From assembly GCA_013239625.1 (NCBI GenBank), contig MU053810.1:4930071-4994070 (forward strand): a stretch of 64,000 nucleotides of DNA. The letters run 5' to 3'. Below the pieces are notes generated by a model that made no database searches, was not told the origin of the DNA, and was given only the letters and a program-made list of their open reading frames with translations. Origin of the DNA: Lama guanicoe. Its lineage: Eukaryota. The position numbers were made by a program, and so were the translations under genes. Shown here piece by piece: positions 52,101-64,000 of this stretch (position 1 is the first letter of the stretch; every line of letters begins with the position of its first letter).

Positions 52101-55100
52101 AAAGGGTAATGTATTCTAGGAAGAACAGCAGAAGGTATGACTCTTTATATAAATGAACTCATGCACAGAAAATGCATGAATTATCCACACTATTCCAAAA
52201 TCAACCAACAAATATTTTTCATTGGCTTATAATACATTGCAGTTGTAGGATCACCTTAGCCTAGCTGAGGAAATGAAACATAAAATCAACTAAGTGAACT
52301 AGCAGGAGTAAGTAAGTCTGTTCTAATAATAGACAGTGAAAGTGCTGAACACTTGGACAACCCTCTGGACTAGGGATTAAAAAATGAAATAAATGTTAGA
52401 AATGGGAGAAACAATGCAGTCTACAAAGCTTTGGCAAGAGAGAAAGAAAAAAGGAAAGAAAGAAAAAAGGGGGAGGAAGGAAGGAAGCAAGCAAGCCAGT
52501 TGAACCTTAAAGAGGAAACACTATATGATATGAAAAGGGGGAGAACACAAAGAGGATTCAGAGTCTATACAAAGTGATTTGGTGAGCAGAGTTATGTGAG
52601 GCTAGGTGTCACGGATCAGGCTATACACAAGTGCCCCCCGCCAAACACTCATCTGGCTCAGAGTGAGTGAAGCCAATTTTGAAACATACATCTTTAGATG
52701 TGCAAAGTACATAATTTTGTGTGAATACCACTGTGCTATCCTTACATTGTAACGCCCAGATATATTCTACTAAATTGTCACAATTCTTTAGTTGAAGAGC
52801 TTTGTTTGTTATTTGTTTTGGAACCTTCCAGTATAGTCTTGCGGGGTGGTGCCTACATTTATTCATACAGCAACACAATTAGATTCTAATACTTAAGATG
52901 AATAAGAAATTTCTGATTGTCAACAAAACACCAGACCTTATTCATGGAAGGTGGAGTTAGCCAATTTGACAAAGCAGAACACAGGGACTCTGACTTCACT
53001 ACACTGATTTCTTCTGTTCTGCAAAGTTAATTTTTGGCTGATTAATACCATTAATATTAAGATACAAACGCTCACCTCTTCATTAGGTAAAAACACATAG
53101 AAATTTATTACTCAATTCAGACTTAGGAACACAGCTATTGGTTTTTTAAAAATTTTTTAAAGAATGACAGTACTACTCCAGAATGTAATTCTAATAAAAG
53201 CACAAAAATTAAGTGCAGCGTTCAAAGACTTAAATATTTATCAACCCAAAGCTGATACCCCTAGTATTCCAGTGGCAACTCTTTTTCTTTTCATTACTAA
53301 TAAATATTCACATGATTAAATGTGCATCAGGATTATCAATGAGACAACAAAACAGAAGCAGTAATTACACAAGTTCCCCTCATTCCTTCCTCTGAGATCT
53401 TTAAATGTTTTCTGACAGCACATAGCCCTTTTACTTCTACTTGCATGTAGAATCAAGGCAAACTATCTGCCTATTCTTTAAAAAGCCAAACAACATCGTA
53501 GCTTAATACCAAACTCAAGTACTGTATATATGGTCTCTAAATGTGCAAAATACAGACAATACAGTGTTTTCTTGGCTCCCAAACTAGAATTACTATGGCT
53601 ATGTTGGCAGTAAGGTCTAAATGAAAACAAATTTCACAGCCCTTAAAAAAAAATACGTAACTGTCATTGTTAATAAAAGCCAAGTTTACAGCTGGAAACA
53701 CTGCCTTCTAGCCAAGGACAAGATGTGTCTATTATAAATACTTGGTTTCGGGGATATCCCTTAAATGACCAGAAAAAAAAAATCAAATAACATTAGTTCT
53801 TGCAAATACAATGCAAACAGCATGCTAATTAAAGTATTCACCAGACAATGACTTAGGACCACAGCACCTATCATTATGGACCTACAATACACAGTAAGCC
53901 ATCGCTAAGTTGTAGGTAGGCCTTCCAGAAGGGGTTATTATGGTTCACCATAATCAGAGAGGATTGTGGTGTTATGCTTAATCACGTTTTTACCTGCATG
54001 CAGGTGTTTACAGGTGTCGACAAATAAAACAGTTTCTAACTGTAAACCTACAGTTCTAATACATAGTACAGTAATTGCACACTGTACCTACCTTGCTGTT
54101 TTCTGCATAAACTTCCTAATCCAATATGGAGTAAGAAGCTGCATGAAGCAAGTTCCTCTGCCTGCTTTACCAACAAAAACTTAACCTCTGATTCATTTTT
54201 ATTAAAATGCCAAAACTCACACACTTAGAATTAGACCTTGATCCAATGACCATGAAGTTCAAATGTAACACTTACAAGGCACAAAATAAATCATCCTCAC
54301 TGGGGGATGTTACTGTTATCTGAAGTAATCTTCAACCTTCCCATAAAAATACAGGCCTCTCAAAAGCAAATTCTAAAGGAAAACAATACTCAGTACATTT
54401 AGCTAAGCAAATTACAGAAACAACCAATAACGAAGTAAACACAAAATAGCTGTTACAGAACTCCAGATGTAAGGTGGAAAACAGATGGGAGAGGCAACAG
54501 GGCATAGGGGTGCCACAGATCAAAGAATTTCCTCTTTCTGTCCTGCCTGCTCAAAAAACTTCAGAAAGCCTGGTGTAAAACCTTCTGGACCCTTCCAAAG
54601 ATGCTGGTCTGAAGGCAACGCAAGCCAGCTGACAGCCCAGGCAGGACTTCTGAGCAGTAAAAAGAAGGGCATAAATAAAAAAACGGGAAAGGCAGCGGAT
54701 TTTGACAGGAGTTGGAATTACAGCTCCACAAAGCAGTTTTCCAAGGCTGCGCCTAAACTGTCCCTGGGAAAAGACTTGTTTTTCTACCCAAAGCAGAGAT
54801 CTGCAGCACCAACAGCCAGGTCATGCATCAGTATCAGAGAGAGTGAAGGTCCGTCCAGGAGCAACATGCATACCAGCTGCCTTCTCTCCACCTCCAGAGC
54901 AAACCCTGGATACACACACGAAATGTACAAAGCCACCCTCTAACCAGCCCAACTCCAAAAATACTGGAGGATGGGAACTGAGGGAAAATAAGAGGCTTGG
55001 AGTATTCCCAGCCACCTAAAAAGGGAGAATTCCGCGCTCTGAGGTGACCAAGACGGGAACATTTCAAAGCAAGAAAAATGTCCTTGCAAAATAATCAATG

Positions 55101-55290
55101 GAAGTTCCTAAAAACAAAAATGGGCACGTCTTCACCTCCCTACTGGTCAAGCTGGAGTACTCCAACCAACCAAACCAAAGCCCCCAAAAGCCTCTCTTAG
55201 GCTCCGGAGGGAGCTGACCCCCGCACTGGCAGGACAGCTCACAGATACCGGCCACAGCGGGCTGGGCACGGATGCTGCCTCCGCACTTAC

Positions 55291-55368
55291 CTCGCAGGCC
55301 AGGGACCCGCAGGCCTTGAGCTTGTCACCATCTTTCTCCGGCAGACCAGTCCGACGTGTGGCCATCAT
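55291..55368 (-). CDS. ARHGAP21: ARHGAP21 first coding exon (coding part of exon 2), [26 protein letters not shown]
   Basis: Translation matches the remembered mammalian ARHGAP21 N-terminus ([21 protein letters not shown] in human). 78 nt, ending at donor GAG|GTAAGT, phase 0. Confidence 0.95.
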
Positions 55369-55728
55369 TTCATTTCAGATTACAAAGAAGGGACCAACCC
55401 TTGGGAGTCCACATTGGAGGGAAAATGCCACCACACACCAAAAAGGTACGAATTCCACACCAGGCTCCTAGGAGTTGCAGGGCTGGTGAGATACACAACG
55501 CGCCAGGGAATGAAGGTTTGGATGAAGCGCCTTCGGAATGCCCTGATTATTTCTTCGGACTTCAACTTACTTCACCGTCTTCGTCCATTTCTCCAGACGT
55601 AAAAAACAAAGGTTCCCCTGGCAGCTAATGAGGCCAACTGCAGAAATCGGTCCCCTCCGTCTTAGCGCTACTCGGGAGTTCAAGAGCAATTTGAAAGCGT
55701 CGTGAAGGCTCGCCCAAGAAGACCTTTC
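55369..55728 (-). other. ARHGAP21: ARHGAP21 exon 2, 5' UTR portion
   Basis: Strong acceptor cttttccctcctctAG|G (AG at 55730-55729), 360 nt upstream of the ATG. Confidence 0.75.
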
Positions 55729-56963
55729 CTAGAGGAGGGAAAAGTTGAAGGGCATGAACTTTCTTCGGATGCTAACCTTAGCCTTGCCCACAGGTCTACC
55801 CCAAGTTCGCCTTTCCCACACTTGGAAAGACAATTCGGTCCACGCTGATGAGTTGCACGTATGAAAGATGAATCTTCTCATACAAGAAAGGAAAGAAAAA
55901 AGGAAAAATCTTATAAATTAGGGGGGGATGAGAAAATTCAGAACTGCACAGCGGTTGCGTCAAACACGCCTGGCTGTTGGGCAGACTTCACGAAAAAAAT
56001 AAAATCCCTCTTCAAGTGCATTTTAATTCATGTATTTTCTGGGCAGAAAAGAGGGAGTGTATGTTCTCCTGCATCACCCAGGGAAGTTTGCTCTCCCCGA
56101 GACTAAATTGGGTAATAGTTTTTCAAAAACCCTCGTTGCTCGCCGCCACCTCCGCCGCTCCCTAAAATAAAAACAAAAAGCCAGGCGCGGACGCAGCCAG
56201 CGGCTCCGCCGGCGTCTCCAGGCGAACTGGGGGACCCGGGGCGCCCGCCCGCCGCCCTCCGCCCGGGCCGGTGTCCCCGAGGAGGCGGCTGTTTTCCTTG
56301 GCCCGCGGCGGGGCTGGGCGGGGACGGCGCGGGGCCGGGCGGGGAGGCGTGCGCCGCGCCGGGAGGGACTCCCTCTCCGGGGCATTATTCCAGAGCTACA
56401 GAAATGAAGCCGCAGCCCCAGCAACTTTCCTTCAGTTGCCGCGCCCCAAACTACGCCTCGAAACGATCCCTTTCCCCGTGGCCCCCTAAGGAAAAAAAAT
56501 CGGAAAAAGAAAACTACCACCCACCCACCCACCTACCACTGTTTCCCCCGCCCCTTCCAGAGGCGGGTCGGGGATCCTGAGCTCCCGGGAAGGGCGGCCC
56601 AAATATGTACTTTGAAAAGCGAGTGGGGAGACCCGAGGGAAAGGCCGAAAGCGAGGGGGCTCACCCTTCGCGCCCCGCCTGGCCGGGCTGCCGTGGCGCC
56701 GCGGCGAGCGGCGGCGACGGGACCCCGGCGCCCGCCGCCGGCCTTTGTGCCCTTCCCTCCTCCCGCCGGCCCTCCCTCGCTCCGCACACGCGGGCGCGGC
56801 CCCTCCGCCCCCGCCGGGCGCCCGCCACGGCTCCCTCCGGCCCCGCGCCAGCACCGGGCGGGGTGGCCTGGGGTGGCGGGAAGGGAGGGAGCCCGGGGCG
56901 AGCCCAGCTCTCCTTCTCCACCCGCCCGCTGGGCCGAGGCGAAACAAGAAAGCAGACACGCAC

Positions 56964-57300
56964 CGGAGGAAGCGCGCCGAGCAGATNNNNNNNNNNNNNN
57001 NNNNNNNNNNNNNNNNNNNNNNNNNNNNNNNNNNNNNCGCTCCCAGGCACCGCCGCGACCTGCCCCGGTCGGCCCCGGGCTCTCGGCCGCCGCGGGAGGG
57101 CGTGGGGCGGGGCGGCGGCCGCCGGACTCTCCCCTCGCCGGGCCGGGCCGGGCCGGGGCCGTGCTCGGGCGCCCGCAATCGCCAAGTGACAGAAGTGCCT
57201 TGCTCCGCTGCCGCGCCGAGCTGTTTCCCGGGGGCGGATTTCTCGCTTCTTCCTCCCTGGATCCACCTCCTCCCACTCCACCTCCTTCCCCTCCCCTCCC
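56964..57300 (-). other. ARHGAP21: Probable non-coding exon 1 of ARHGAP21 (5' boundary uncertain, spans the N gap)
   Basis: Donor CCG|GTGCGT at 56964/56963 in the CpG island core, giving a 1235-nt intron 1. The TSS cannot be determined from sequence. Confidence 0.5.
56987..57037. other. Assembly gap (51 N)
   Basis: Run of N in the most GC-rich part of the island. Confidence 1.
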
Positions 57301-58000
57301 CAGGGGAGGCTCTGGGGCTGAATATTTTCTGTCTTGAATAATACGGTCCCGGGAACCGACGCTGGAGAAGGGGGATGGGCCTGGGTGGGGGCTTGTGCGT
57401 GCTGGGCCCTCGGCAACCGCGGTCCCCACCCCTCCAGGTGAGGTGACCCCCCAAAAAAACCCAGACACACAAAACCCTCCTCGCCTTCTCCAATCTCCCG
57501 AGCGCAAGCGGGAGCTGCCAGGAACCCGGGTTTCTACTGGGGAAGACTCGGAGCTCGGCGTCAGGGACGGGGGCGCTCATACAGCTAGACAAGCATCATT
57601 GGGGGACCATAGGTCCCAGACCGCGGGGGACACGTCTAGGTTTGTTTTTGCCCCTTTTTGCAGCGGGAGGGGAGTGTGGGGTGGGGTGGGACTTCAAGAT
57701 AAGGGAGTGTCCTTCCACTCCCGACAGCAAAATAGCTTTGCTTTGCGGGGGGAGGGGGCCGCAGGGAAGCGTCGTTCATTCAATCCTTTGCCCTTTTTAC
57801 ATCTTCAGGGCAGCTGAAAAATTCGATGCGGCTAGCGGAACTGAGGAAAGGCGGCGACGCTCTCCACACCGCAGGTCGCAGCGGTGCCGGCTCCGAGCAC
57901 AACCACCGTCCCTCCCCGCCCTATTCCGGGCCTTCGCCCCGGACCCCGGGCGGCTCGCTCCGCCCTGCCGCGCCTCACAACATCTCCCGCTGCAAATGGC

Positions 58001-58128
58001 CCAATCGGAAGACGCGATGAGAGAACGCCAGCCAATCAGGGGCTGCTGACTCAGGCTTCCCTCCACCCTTTGCCCCGCCCCCAGTAGGAAAAGCCACCGC
58101 CCCTCGGTCTCCCCTTCCCACCCCGCCC
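58001..58128 (+). promoter_or_regulatory. Tandem CCAAT boxes plus Sp/KLF GC boxes
   Basis: CCAAT at 58001-58005 and 58032-58036 (31 bp apart, both CCAATC[A/G]G). CCGCCC cores at ~58075, 58097 and 58123. Confidence 0.6.
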
Positions 58129-61100
58129 AGCTCGGGGGGAGGTGGCTCAAAGCTCATGTCCTCGCCGGGCTGAAGTGGAGGAGCCCGCCGAGGCAGTGGG
58201 GTTTGTCACCTTGTCACCCTCATCCTCGCCTCCTCCCAGACACACCCTTCCTCCCTTTCCCAGTCCTCCTGCTGGTGCTGTTGAGGGTCATTTTTATCCT
58301 CATGCTGGCCGGGAACTGCCAGCTATTGTGTCTGATCTGCTGCCACCACTGTCCTGAGGGAAAAAAGAACAAAACCAAGAAGCTTTGGGGTCTGCTTACC
58401 TTGTCCTTTCTTAGCACTCTCTGCCCTGAAGATTTAGAGACACCTCCCCGCTCCACCCACCCCAACCTCCCCACCCTGCTCTCCGTCCGCTGCCTCGGGT
58501 CCTGTTTCTCTGTTGAGAAAAGACCGAAAACCACTCCCTGGAGCCCGAGTACCTGTGCCTTCGTTGTTCAGATCTCCCTAAGAGTGGGAGGTGCCCAACA
58601 TTTAGAACAGACAACTAAATCCTCAGCCTGAACGGTTTTGACTAGATCATTTTTATATGGCCATGAAATTTGCATGTTCTTGACAGCCCCTGACAAAACT
58701 AGTCAGCCAATAATAACAAAGAAAAAAAATAGGATAAAACGGAGGGAATGCCTGCCAGTCAGTTGGTAATTTACTGAATGGTCCACTGGGCTAGAGCAGT
58801 ATCCAGTCCTGGATACTGTAGAGTAAATGAACTAAAAGTGAATAGAAATGCAGGGTTCAAGTAGGGAACCTCTAGTGGGCTTATAGAAAAGGTCCAGAAA
58901 GGAAAAACGAGTTTAAGCACAAAGCAGCTCCTTACAAATGCAGATGAGCGTGCATGACATAAACTGAGTACCTCACAGCTGAGATGTCTAGGGTTAAGGT
59001 ATTTGTAATGGAAATTTTTATAAATGTTGATTTTGTAAAAGGCTTTCAGTGTGGTAAAGGAGACTAAAAGTTGGCCGTGGAAGGAGACTATGAAAAGGAG
59101 GTAAAACACGTTTCAGGAATTGTGGGAAAGTAACCTAGAAAGACATTTCTGTAAGAGGTAAATGGACTGGGATTATAGTTTAGCGCCATCATTTACCACG
59201 TGACCTACGGCAAATTATTATGTGTGTAAGGACTGGAGCTATCAAGTAATAACAGTGACTGCCATCTATGTAGCACTGCCTCCCTGCTGAGTAGTCATCC
59301 AAGAGCTTTACACACAACTTAATGAGATAGGTATGTCGCAGAGCCAGGATTCCAGCCCCGGGGGTGGGTAGGGTCCAGACTCTACACTTCTCTCCACAAC
59401 ACTATCCTACCTCTAACACAGTTTTTAATAACAAAAGCTACCATTTACTTAGCTTATTAAATGCTGATCATTGTGCTTTGAGGGTAACATGTAATCCTAC
59501 TTCTGGGATCGGTATGATTACGTTGTTCTAAAACCTGGGATTGTTTTTAAGAACCATTCTAAGCTGCTGCCATGTGTATCTTGCTGAGTATTAGGCTATC
59601 TAGATGGCGAAGAGGGAAAGCCCAGAACTAAAATTTGGGAAACCTGGGTCCTCCAAGAAGAACAGTACCTTCCCTCTCTTGCTGGACTGCTGAGAGCATC
59701 CAATGAGACCATAGATGTAAACGAGTTTTAAAAATGTAAAAATATTATTCCAATTAAAATATTATTACGAAGGAGGGGCTTGTCCTGTTTCCCCCAACAG
59801 GAACCCTATGCTTTTATAGCATTTCTTTGGTATTTATTAGGAACATATTAACCCAATTAAAAATTAGCTCTATTACTTTCTGAAGACATGCGCAGTAACA
59901 AGACTTTAATAACTACTGAGCTCTCATTTTGATGCTTTGAGTAGAGCAAAGTGGACGCCCTCTAGGGAAGTGGCAGCCATCCGCCAGTCATTCTCCATCC
60001 TAAAGGCTGACTGATCTGTGGAGGATGCAGGATGCTAATCAAACCCTTGGCTTCTCTTCAGCTGCCCATCTTCGGTGTTTCACTCATTAACACTTCCACC
60101 AGAGGGAGGGCAGGAGAAAGGAAACCCAGCCAAACCTGAACCCTGTGGCTACTTGTTAACCCGCTCCACTGAGAGATTCCGTGAAACAATAGGTTTGGAG
60201 ATCATAGTAACTGAAACAAGGTTTGGAATTAACTGCGGGTTTCGCAGTTGACATCTTGGTAGTTTTCTTTATCCCAAATAGCATGGATAAGCAAGAGCTA
60301 ACAGTAAATCTAGCGTTGTTTACTTTGAAAGGCTGATGTTTTCCTCTTTCAAGCATTGCTAATAAATGTGTGGATTTCTTAGAATCTAACTTCCGAGTTT
60401 CCCTTGAAATAGCCTCAGAAATTACTACAGCCATATCAATAACTACAAGAGAACTTTGCACACTATGATTCTTGCAATGTAGGCAAGACATTTTTAAAGA
60501 TGAGAACTATATCCTCAAAACGTTACATTTTGACTTTGTTAATGACACAGTAATACTGTTTTGGTGAACCATTATCAAGGAAATATGTCAAAGCCAGAAA
60601 TAGAACCAAAATGCCCTCGCCCCTGGTCTAATGTCATTCTGAGATAATCTATGACAATTTCTACTCTCAATATAGAAGCTGGCAATTCTAAGAGGCACAA
60701 GTGTTTGCCAGTGAATTCCACAGATGAAACGTGTAACCAGGGATGAAGCATGTACAAAACTATGTGTCTGAGGCAGTTAAGACCGATGGCCCTCTGAGGA
60801 ATAAGGCCTTTTTTTGATTTTCGGACAATACGGTAGTTTTTCTTTCTTATCCATACAATACTAAAAAGACACATTATCTCCTAGTATTTCTTTGAAAAAG
60901 ACCTTCTTGTTGGATTGAAAAGCTACAGAAAACTCACCTCTCTGGCAAGGTATTTAACTGTTGTAATCAAGGGAAGGGAGTGATTTTCTACAATAAATAA
61001 TTTCTAAGATTCTTCTTCCTTCATCACCTCTTAAATCAATAATGTAAATGATTTACTAATTTAAGGCTCTGCATCTGCTAAATATGATATTATTTCTGTC

Positions 61101-62849
61101 CACGTGATTACTATCTATCCTCAATTATTAATTTCTAATCTAGAGGGTACTGACACTATTTAATTCAATGTACACAGTGCCTAGCAAGTACCACGTGAAA
61201 TAGATACACTTGAATAATTTCTCTGCCCTCTGCTTAGTGTGGCCTTTCCTTTCTCTGGACTAGTATTCTACTTGAATGCTTCTTTTTGGCTTGTTTGTTG
61301 CTGTTAATTAATTACGTGATTATAAACAATCTTATATTATTATTTACCTGGTTATTATCTCCTTTTCTATCTAGATTATATAAATTTCTCTAGGGCAGAT
61401 TCCCAGGGCGTTCGGTTCTTTTTCAGACTGACATAATACCTACCACAGCTTTTACATGTTTCACTACAAAATTATTCAAGAATTGTATCTTGTATCACTA
61501 TTGTATCACTATTATTGATAAATATTTATACCTCAAGAAATTCCTGGCTGTCCAACAATTCTCTGGGTTGCTGGAAGTTGTGTGTGTATGTCTGTGTGAG
61601 CATGCCTAAAAGGGAAAGTGTAAATTACAAGAGGTGTCCACAGAGAGAACACTTGATGTGGGCCTCAATTTCCAGAAATGCCACATTTTATCTTTTTCCC
61701 TAACTTCACTTCTGGTGACTGAGCTCATTTTTGGCCACACTACCCTGCCAACAATTAATATCACCTGCATTCTGGCCATAATTATAAAACCCATAGTTTA
61801 GCCATGATCATGAAGCAAACATTTTCTTCTGGATTCAAATTATCTTTCAGCACCAGTAGCTCCATAATTAAAATTGAGTGGTATGGTATTCCTATTCATC
61901 AGCATTTTCCAGAGTTCATTTCTATATTTTGAGGGGAAAAAAGAATAAAAATGTACACGTTTTTCTTTTTACCTTAAGAATCGTGACTTCCACTTATAAG
62001 CATTCCATTTTTTCTTCAAAATACGACACTTGTTTTTTAAATGTTTCCACCCACCCAACAGGCTGTCACATCCTGTGAAAATACTGTGCAATCTGGGCAG
62101 AAACTCAGATTCAAACTGGAGAACTGAAATACCTCTTCATCGTCTTAGAATAGAACGCTAAATTCCAACTAGGAAACTGGGCTAGCAATTGATTTTGATA
62201 TTATAGGCCTAATCCAGAACAACCAAAATTTTTTTTGTCAGAATGAAAATATATATATATTGTAGCCTCCCCTTTTATCTTCATAGGGCAGAAGTAGGAG
62301 AGATGTGGAAAGACCTCTCCATTCCTTGATTCAATGAAATTTGCCATCTTTCAATCCTCCCTTGTCCTGTAGATCCCATTCCTCTATTCCTAGAATTGCC
62401 TGCATTCCTATCCAATCCCAAAGTCAACTAATCAAGGGTTCTATCTCTAGAGAGGAAAGGTTTGCAGGATGACTTGTAGAATTCACATCTGGGCTTCAGT
62501 AGGATAGATGCAGGCTTGCATAACTTTTCTCCTTAAAGATTTTTTCAATTACATTTTAATTTTTCAAAATTGTAACATGGAAAGAAAACAAATAGATATG
62601 GCAACTTTGAGAGAGCAGTCTTATGCTACATTCTGTGAACCTACCCTCTTGCCTTCTTCCAGACTCCTACTGTGGCTCTTCGTTGGCTAGATCCACTCAA
62701 AGATAATTCAGCCACTGTGTCTTTATATAAATAGAAAGTCTAGAGAGCTAATCTGATCAAAGATGAATGGGAAGAAAATAAAAAGACTGATGTAAACATT
62801 TTAAATTGGGGAGGAAAGGGGGAAGATGAAATAAAGAAGCATATTATTT

Positions 62850-63282
62850 TAAAGAGAAAGAAAAGTTGTATTATAGAAGACAGCTTACCTCAGTAAATAG
62901 AAGAAAACTAGAGACAAATGTTTTTATATCCTGAAGGAAATAAAATATACCCAAAATGAAATGACAAGAGAATGAATGAGATCTAAAAGGAGATAGAAAA
63001 GCTCAGAGAAGATATTGAGAGGAAAAAAACCATAGCATTGCAGAAGTAATAAATGAATTGTAAGTAATAAAGAATAAGAAACAGCTGACAGAAAATAGTG
63101 GATGGATGACAGGGTTTTTAAAAGCATTTCAAATGTAAAGGAAAAGGACAAAGAGGTTAAAGTGACTTGACAAGAGATGAAAAATATGGAGGACAAGTAA
63201 CCAAAACGCAAACTTAGAGAAACTGACACATCAAACAAAGAGTTTGGAACTAATGGACCTAAACAGTTGTTAAAAGATATAA
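62850..63282 (+). mobile_element. Ancient LINE-1 ORF1-like A-rich remnant
   Basis: A/G-rich, coiled-coil-like decayed coding texture. Confidence 0.4.
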
Positions 63283-63930
63283 TGTAGCAGACTACTAAAT
63301 GTTCTCCAATATCTGCTCTCTCCTTCCATAAGAATAGTATTTTAGCTAACCATGGGCTCAATCAGCTAGACTTGATTTCCCAGCCTTCCTTCTAACTAGG
63401 TGTGGCCCTAACACTCCATTCTAGGCAATGAAATGTGGGCAGGAATGAGTGTCTGCCACTCTGGAGGTCTTCCCTAAAAGCATTGAACCTGTACCTTCCT
63501 AGGCTCTTCCTCCTCATGATGGCTGGGAAAAAGGGCTTCCCAGATTTAGCAAATAAAAATAAAGAATGCCCAGTTCAACCTCAATTTCGGATAAACAATG
63601 AACACGTTTTTAGTATATCTCAATTATTGTGTGAGACATACTTGTACTAAAAAATTATTCCTTGTTTATCTACAATTTCAATTGAATTGGGTCTCCTATA
63701 TTTTCTCTGGGAACCCTCTGTAGATACCAAGAACAGGAGTGTCTCCTTTGCCCCAGAGATGGAAGTCACCTGTGGAAGAAGGCAGAGCCATTGCAGCAGG
63801 TCTGAATTGCCTACATCTGGGTTGTTACCAGACAGACATAACCTTCGAGGTCACCACTTCTATACATAAGGACCACCCTATTTTTAAGATCTTTTTGGTA
63901 CAGGAGCTTAGCTTTTGTCTTAACTATATG
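63283..63930. mobile_element. MaLR (MLT1-like) LTR containing a nested MER53
   Basis: atttcccagccttccttctaactaggtgtggcc...ctaggcaatgaaatgtgggcaggaa motif. Confidence 0.6.
63532..63717. mobile_element. MER53-like palindromic hAT MITE
   Basis: agggcttcccagatttagcaaataaaaata...tattttctctgggaaccct with long self-complementary arms. Confidence 0.8.
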
Positions 63931-64000
63931 TGAATACTTTTTTGCAATGCCAAAGATTAAAAGGACTTACCATCTTACAGGAATTATTAAAAGAGAATAA

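Larger units (their letters stand above)
56130..58200. promoter_or_regulatory. CpG-island promoter of ARHGAP21
   Basis: Very high GC and CpG density against an AT-rich, CpG-depleted background. Many GC boxes; lies directly upstream of the first coding exon. Confidence 0.92.

Noticed and set aside
56074..58150. Many long overlapping ORFs (up to 368 aa) on both strands
   Set aside because: Stop-codon depletion in a GC-rich CpG island. The products are low-complexity R/P/G/A and several cross the N gap.
61483..61511. Short tandem ttgtatc(acta) duplication; also pyrimidine or purine tracts at 731-783 and 52438-52490
   Set aside because: Ordinary slippage and low-complexity sequence with no supporting context.
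1..64000. CRISPR arrays, operons, intact transposase/RT genes or other prokaryote-type systems
   Set aside because: No regularly spaced repeat-spacer array or long intact ORF; the window is mammalian intron and promoter DNA.

Overview
Mammalian intronic and promoter DNA containing the 5' end of ARHGAP21 (Rho GTPase-activating protein 21, N-terminal PDZ region) on the minus strand. The genome is probably a camelid, judged from tRNA-Ala-derived Vic-1-like SINEs. Gene layout: CpG-island promoter at ~56.1-58.2 kb with a 51-N gap; probable non-coding exon 1 ending at 56964; exon 2 at 55291-55728 (ATG at 55368); a 49.5-kb intron; exon 3 at 5582-5761; a 25-nt exon 4 at 2937-2961. The gene continues off the left edge. 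Most other sequence is L1, L2, MIR, LTR and DNA-transposon remnants; these family names come from recalled consensus similarity, not from a search. Almost all ORFs in the supplied track are spurious or repeat-derived. I see no clear-cut new biological system. The best leads are: a near-identical 2.25-kb tandem duplication (real CNV or haplotype mis-assembly), a frame-preserving candidate 150-nt cassette exon next to coding-like fossil sequence, a stack of uORFs over the start codon, a tailless U2 retropseudogene, and a CpG-rich patch at an LTR/LTR junction.
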